Shown here piece by piece: positions 23,309 through 24,000 of a stretch of DNA of 24,000 nucleotides. How positions within the stretch are numbered: the stretch's first letter is position 1; each line of letters begins with the position of its first letter. Position numbers and translations under genes: made by a program. The stretch is from positions 2,300,076-2,324,075 of the forward strand of contig NZ_CP154853.1 in the NCBI RefSeq assembly GCF_047302405.1, read 5' to 3'. The notes under the pieces were generated by a model that made no database searches, had not been told where the DNA came from, and saw only the letters and a program-made list of their open reading frames with translations. The stretch is from Alkalihalobacillus sp. 1P02AB (lineage in GTDB: Bacteria > Bacillota > Bacilli > Bacillales > Bacillaceae_D).

Positions 23309-23956
23309 TTATAACCCTTCAATAATTAATTCAACACGCCGATTCTTCTGCCTGCCTTCTTCATCATCAAGTCCGTCTGGTCTTGTATTTCTGGCAATCG
23401 GCTCTGAATCCCCTTTTCCAATCGCTATTAAATTAGATTCATTGATTCCTCTTTCAATCAAAGCACCCACAACTGCCTGTGCCCGACGTTCAGATAAGTC
23501 TTGATTGTAGCTACTATTCCCGACATTATCGGTATGTCCTACCACTTGAACTTGACCATCTGATGTTTCAATTACTTGGACTAATTTATCCATCACCTCG
23601 TCACTTCCTGGCAATAATTCATCTGAATCAAAATCAAACAAAACATTGTCCGGTAAGGTTAGTGTCGTTTCTTCCTCAATCGAAATTGCATTAAATTCAT
23701 TTAACGTCTTCAATACATCCACTTCCGTTTGTGAAAGGGATACTTTTGTTAAAATGACTCGACTCTTCGGAACTCTTGTAATATAGACCTCTGAAGAAGG
23801 GTATCGTTCTCGTAATTGTTCAAGCGGCACCATACTTATATTCTCTTGTTCTTCAGTATTTGCCGATACTATATCAGAACTCATAACGCCAATAATAAAA
23901 AATAAAAGCAAAACTAAGAAGATTTGATACCATTCTATTCGACGATTTATTCTCAT
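23309..23956 (-). CDS. OmpA/MotB-domain peptidoglycan-binding protein with an N-terminal membrane anchor
   Basis: The 215-aa ORF has an N-terminal TM or signal segment (WYQIFLVLLLFFIIGVM). The C-terminal OmpA-like motif is FDFDSDEL...VVGHTDNVGNSSYNQDLSERRAQAV...NRRVEL. Confidence 0.9.
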   Translation of the reverse strand: MRINRRIEWYQIFLVLLLFFIIGVMSSDIVSANTEEQENISMVPLEQLRERYPSSEVYITRVPKSRVILTKVSLSQTEVDVLKTLNEFNAISIEEETTLTLPDNVLFDFDSDELLPGSDEVMDKLVQVIETSDGQVQVVGHTDNVGNSSYNQDLSERRAQAVVGALIERGINESNLIAIGKGDSEPIARNTRPDGLDDEEGRQKNRRVELIIEGL

Positions 23957-24000
23957 ATCTCCAGCTCCTAACGAATAATTTCAATCTCTTCAAAGTGGAA

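Noticed and set aside
494-23694. Antisense or shadow ORFs in the track: 494..727, 1975..2166, 2132..2482, 3998..4195, 4468..4665, 4556..4795, 5129..5329, 5280..5606, 7075..7329, 8233..8448, 8595..8801, 10544..10822, 12096..12470, 14364..14570, 15427..15657, 19634..19909, 21340..21561, 23479..23694
   Set aside because: Each lies inside or opposite a well-supported gene or a terminator or leader. Each lacks an RBS and has the low-complexity or odd composition typical of antisense frames in AT-rich DNA.

Overview
This is an AT-rich chromosomal segment with the hallmarks of a Bacillaceae-type Firmicute: GGAGG-type ribosome-binding sites, hairpin plus T-run terminators, a B. subtilis-like M-box and Fur boxes. 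I can support 27 protein-coding genes and one decayed kinase gene, nearly all on the minus strand. From left to right these are: a partial DNA-alkylation-repair gene, a secreted DUF4367-like protein and GrpB. Next come a DUF2975 membrane protein with a YozG-like XRE regulator, a 60-aa membrane protein, a TetR-GNAT pair, an SDR oxidoreductase and an alpha/beta hydrolase. These are followed by a Fur-box-controlled Fe(III)-type ABC importer (ATPase, then lipoprotein and fused permease), a GNAT, and mgtE behind an M-box riboswitch. The middle holds a Zn-ribbon protein, an AraC/GyrI-like regulator, the internally deleted P-loop kinase pseudogene, two coupled GNATs, a stand-alone DdlA-type D-Ala-D-Ala ligase and a methyltransferase. 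The right end carries a tightly packed co-directional cluster (two-domain GNAT, 14-codon uORF, HExxH peptidase-MA-like protein, methyltransferase, P-loop kinase, GNAT) and an OmpA-like protein. I found no tRNA or rRNA genes, transposase, integrase, phage genes, CRISPR array or recognisable defence genes. I do not see a self-evident novel multi-gene system. The most unusual items are: (1) a 5 x 51-bp degenerate tandem repeat array with a mini-ORF in every unit, directly upstream of the GNAT/peptidase/methyltransferase/kinase cluster; (2) that cluster itself, with its uORF coupling; (3) two structured, terminator-ended intergenic elements flanking the SDR gene that could be small RNAs or leaders. 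Several ORF-track starts are N-terminally over-extended, and I corrected them using Shine-Dalgarno positions. All functional calls rest on motifs read by eye and on my memory of the families. No database search was run.
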